This document shows, piece by piece, positions 59,271 through 64,000 of a DNA stretch of 64,000 nt; within the stretch, counting starts at the first letter, position 1, and each line of letters opens with the position of its first letter. The DNA is taken from assembly GCF_030144855.1 (NCBI RefSeq), contig NC_082717.1:4154001-4218000 (forward strand). The letters run 5' to 3'. The position numbers were made by a program, and so were the translations under genes. The DNA is from Hypanus sabinus. Lineage: Eukaryota. The notes beneath the pieces are model-generated. The model did no database searches, was not told the origin of the DNA, and saw nothing but the letters and a program-made list of their open reading frames with translations.

Positions 59271-62139
59271 CTGGTCCATCATCCCACTGAAACTGGGCGG
59301 GAGGATGCATTTTTGCCCCGACAATGGTGGGACCCCTAGACACACTGACCCACAGAAAGCCTCAACAGACCAATAGGACAAAGCAGCAGGATCAGAATCA
59401 GGTTTAGTATCACTGGCTTAGGTTGGGAAACCTGTTGTTATGTGGCAGCAGTACATGGCAAGCCATAATAATAAAAGTTGTGATTTGTAGTTAAATAAGT
59501 AGTGTGAGAAGAGTCAAAAGTAGTGAGGTAGTGTTTATGGGTTCCATGTCCATTCAGAAATCTGAAGACAGAGGGGAAGAATCTGTTCTTGAAGAATTGA
59601 GTCGGTGCCTTCAGCCTCCTGGTAGCAATGAGAAGACGGCACGTCCTGGGTGATGGGGGCTCTTAATAATGGACACCAACTTTTTGAGGCATCGCTCCTT
59701 GAAGATATCCTGGATGCTGGGGAGGCTAGTGAACATGATGGAGATTGCTGACATTACAACTTTCTGCAGCTTATTTTGACCCTGTTCATCCAGGATCAAT
59801 AAATCAGTTATTAAGTAGAAGAGATGGGATGTTATATTGAAGTTGTACAGGATGTTGTGAGGCCTAATTTGTAATATTGTGTGCAGTTTTGGTCAGCCAT
59901 CTACAGGAAAGATGTAAATGAGTTTGAAGGAGTACAGAGAAAATTTACAAGTCTGTTGCCAGGTCTGGAGGTCCTGAGTTACAAGGAAAGACTGGATGGG
60001 TTTGGACTGTATTCTTTAGAACGTGGAAGACTGAGAGGAGATTTGACAGATGTATACAGTTATAAGCGGTGTAAATAGGGTAAATGCAAGCAGGCTTTTT
60101 CACTGAGGTTGAGTGGAATTACAATTGGAGGTCATGGGTTAAGGCTGAAAGGTGAAAAGTTTAAGGGGAACATGAGGGTAACCTTCTTCACTCAGAGGGT
60201 TGTGAGAGTGTGGAATGCGCACAAGCATTGTATGGGAGCTGAATTTTAACATTTAAGAGAAGTTTGGATATCTTCACGGACAGTAGGGGTGTGGATGGGT
60301 AGAGCTCCATGGGCTCAGCAATTTTAATTGGTTGGCCCAACGACCCTGTTTCCAGGATGCTGTTTTGTGACTCAATGATCTATCAATGTCTATCAGTGGG
60401 GTTTTCCAACAGTCCAATGTTTGTATGGTTACCAACTCTTATACCAGCTTTTACATTTAAACCCAACTCTTTAAGAAAGGAGGAAGGCAGCAGAAAGGGA
60501 ATTATAGACCAGTTAGCCTGACCTCAGTGGTTGGGAAGATATTGGAGTCAGTTAATGAGGATGAGGTTATGGAGTACTTGGTGACACAGGACAAGATAGT
60601 AGCATGTCAGCTTGGTTTCCTTAAGGGAAAATCTTGCCTGACGAACCTGTTGGAATTCTTTGAAGAGATTACCAGCAGGATGGATAAAGGGGATACAGCA
60701 GGTGAACTGAATAAGAATTTTGCATCATTCTCCATTGTGGAAGACACTAGCTGTATGGTGGAAGAGTCAGATGTCAAGGGGCACGAAGTGTGTGAAGTTA
60801 CCTTTACCAGGGAGAAAGTTCTTGAGGAAACTGAAAGGTCTGAAGGTAGATAAGTTACCTGGACCAGATGGTCTAGACCCAGGGTTCTAGAGGAGGTGGC
60901 TGGAGAGATTGTGAAGGCATTAGAAATGATTTCAAGAAACAATTCCACTCTTCAAAGAGGGAGATAGGCAGAAGAAAGGAAATTATAGGCCAGTTAGTCT
61001 GACCTCAGTGGTTCAGAAGATGTTGGAGTCAATTATTAAAAATGTGGTCTCAGGGTACTTGGAGGCACGTGATAAAATATCCTGCAGTTAGCATGGTTTC
61101 CTCAAGGGAAAATCTTGCCAGACAAATCTGTTGAAGAAATAACAAGTAGGATAGGGAAGAAGAATTGGTTGATGTTGTGTGCCTGGCATTTCAGATGGCC
61201 TTTGACAAGGTGTCACACATGAGGCTGCCCATGGTATTGCTGGAAAGTGACTAACATGGTTAGAGCATTGGCTGATTGGTAGGAGGAGCGATTGAGAATA
61301 AAACGATCCTTTTTTGGTTGGTGGCCAGTGACTGTTGGTGTTCCACAAGGGTCAGTGCTGGAACCGCTTCTTTTTGTGCTGTATATAAATGATTTAGATG
61401 TTGGAATAGAAGACTTTGTTGCCAAATTTGCAGATGATGTGAAGAATGGTGCAGGGGCAGGTAGTGTTGACGGAACAGGTAGGATGCAGACAGATTAGGA
61501 GAATGAGCAAGAAAGTGGCAAATGAAATACAGTTTTAGAAAATGCATGGTCATGCACTTTGATAGTAGAAATAAATGTGCAGACTATTTTCTAAACAGAG
61601 AGAAAATCCAAAAATCTGAGATGCAGAGGGATTTGGGAGTCATTGTGCACAACACCCTAGAAGTTAACTTGCAGGAAGAATCGGTGGTGAGGAAGGCAAT
61701 TGCCATGTCAGCATTCATTTCAAGAGGTCTAGAATACAAGAGCAAGGATGTGATGCTGAGGCTTTATAGGGCACTGGTGAGGCCTCACCTTGAGTATTGT
61801 GTACAGTTTTGGATTCCTCATCTGAGAGAAGATGTGCTGGCTTAGGAGAGGGTCCAGAGGAGGTTCACAAGGCTGATTCCGAAATGAAAGGTATCATATG
61901 AGGAATGTTTAATAGCTCTGGATCTGTACTCACTGGAATTTAGAAGGATGAGGCGGGGGGGGGGGGGATCTCACTTGAAACCTGAAAGGCCTAGACAGAG
62001 TAGATGAGGAAAGTATATTTCCCATAGTGGGTAAGCCAAGAAGAGGGCAAAGCCTCAGGATAGAAGGGCATCCATTTAAAACAGAGATACGGAGAAATTT
62101 CTTTAATCAGAGGGTGGTAAATTGGTGGAATTTATTACC

Positions 62140-64000
62140 ATATAACATAACCATATAACCATATAACAATCACAGCACAGAAACAGGCCATCTTGGCCCT
62201 CCTAGTCCGTGCCGAACTCTTAATCTCACCTAGTCCCACCTACCCGCACTCAGCCCATAACCCTCCACTCCTTTCCTGTCCATATACCTATCCAATTTTA
62301 CCTTAAATGACACAACTGAACTGGCCTCTACTACTTCTACAGGAAGCTCATTCCACACAGCTATCACTCTCTGAGTAAAGAAATACCCTCTTGTGTTTCC
62401 CTTAAATTTCTGCCCCCTAACTCTCAAATCATGTCCTTTCATTTGAATCTCCCCTACTCTCAATGGAAACAGCCTATCTATTCCTCTCAAAATTTTAAAT
62501 ACCTTGATCAAATCCCCCCTCAACCTTCTATGCTCCAATGAATAGAGACCTAACTTGTTCAACCTTTCTCTGTAACTTAAGTGCTGAAACCCAGGTAACA
62601 TCCTAGTAAATCGTCTCTGCACTCTCTAATTTATATCTTTCCTATAATTCGGTGACCAGAAATTCATGCAATATTCCAAATTTGGCCTTACCAATGCCTT
62701 GCACAATTTTAACATTACATCCCAACTTCTGTACTCAATGCTTTCATTTATAAAGGCCAGCATTCCAAAAGCCTTCTTCACCACCCTATCTACATGAGAC
62801 TCCACCTTCAGGGAACTATGCACTGTTATTCCTAGATCTCTCTGTTCCTCTGCATTCCTCAATGCCCTACCATTTACCCTGTATGTTCTATTTGGATTAT
62901 TCCTGCCAAAATGTAGAACCTCACACTTCTCAGCATTAAACTCCATCTGCCAATATTCAGCCCATTCTTCTAACTGGCATAAATCTCCCTGCAAGCTTTG
63001 AAAACCCACCTCATTATCCACAACACCTCCTACCTTAGTATCATCGGCATACTTACTAATCCAATTTACCACCCCATCATCCAGATCATTTATATATATT
63101 ACAAACAACATTGGGCCCAAAACAGATCCCTGAGGCACCCCGCTAGTCACCGGCCTCCATCCCGATAAACAATTATCCACCACTACTCTCTGGCATCTCC
63201 CATCTAGCCACTGTTGAATCCATTTTATTACTCCAGCATTAATACCTAACGACTGAACCTTCTTAACTAACCTTCCATGTGGAACTTTGTCAAAGGCTTG
63301 AAGTCCATATAGACTACGTCCACTGCCTTACCCTCGTCAACATTCCTCGTAACTTCTTCCAAAAATTCAATAAGGTTTGTCAAATATGACCTTCCATGCA
63401 CAAATCCATGCTGGCTACTCCTAATCAGATCCTGTCTATCCAGATAATTATTAATACTATCTCTAAGAATACTTTCCATTAATTTACCCACCACTGATGT
63501 CAAACTGACAGGTCTATAATTGCTAGGCTTACTTCTAGAACCCTTTTTAAACAATGGAACCGCATGAGCAATACGCCAATCCTCCGACACAATTCCCGTT
63601 TCTAATGGCATCTTAAAGATCTCCGTCAGAGCTCCTGCTATTTCTACACAAACTTCCCTCAAGGTCCTGGGGAATATCCTGTCAGGATTCGGAGATTTAT
63701 CCACTTTTAAATTTCTTAAAAACACCAGTACTTCCACCTCTTTAATTGTCATAGGTTCCATAACTTCCTTACTTGTTTCCCACACCTTACACAATTTAAT
63801 ATCCTTCTCCTTAGTGAATACCGAAGAGAAGAAATTGTTCAAAATCTCTCCCATCTCCCTCGGCTCCACACATAACTGACCACTCTGATTCTCCAAGGGG
63901 CCAATTTTATCCCTCACTATCCTCTTGCTTTTAATATAACTGTAGAAACCTTTCGGATTTACTTTCACCTTATTTGCCAAACCGACCTCGTATTTTCTTT
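62140..64000 (-). mobile_element. Young CR1 LINE running off the window end
   Basis: ORFs 63267, 62626 and 62230 carry RT motifs. (CCATATAA)n tail at ~62140. Same subfamily as 20030-21965. Confidence 0.9.

Overview
This is vertebrate genomic DNA, most likely from a cartilaginous fish (shark or ray). That is inferred from the repeat content: dominant CR1 LINEs with an esterase ORF1, HE1-like V-SINEs, Rex1/Babar, RTE and Penelope-like fragments. Most of the window is decayed retroelement sequence. Inside it lies one multi-exon + strand gene (~2.3-42.6 kb), most of which the ORF track does not show. It has four single-exon, germline-joined VJ-type Ig domains in A-B-A-B order (2334-2696, 15587-15931, 19266-19613, 25348-25692). 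These are followed by an uncharged transmembrane exon (40710-40829) and four small cytoplasmic exons that splice in frame. The tail carries a DYEN motif, a canonical ITAM (YMAL-x7-YGHL) split by a phase-0 intron, and a YTHP motif, and is followed by AATAAA. I found no RSS, no constant domain and no leader exon in the window. The predicted product is a non-rearranging, antigen-receptor-like multi-V receptor carrying its own ITAM, a 'natural CAR' layout that I cannot assign to a named family. The second V exon has AT instead of GT at its donor, which could give a skipped exon or a secreted V-V form. Other notable items: a twin-priming-type inverted CR1, a solo LTR with a TSD, nested L1 and LTR fragments, several minisatellites (one SINE-derived) and a strong CTCF motif near 59.26 kb. 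All exon models were read by eye and have no transcript support.
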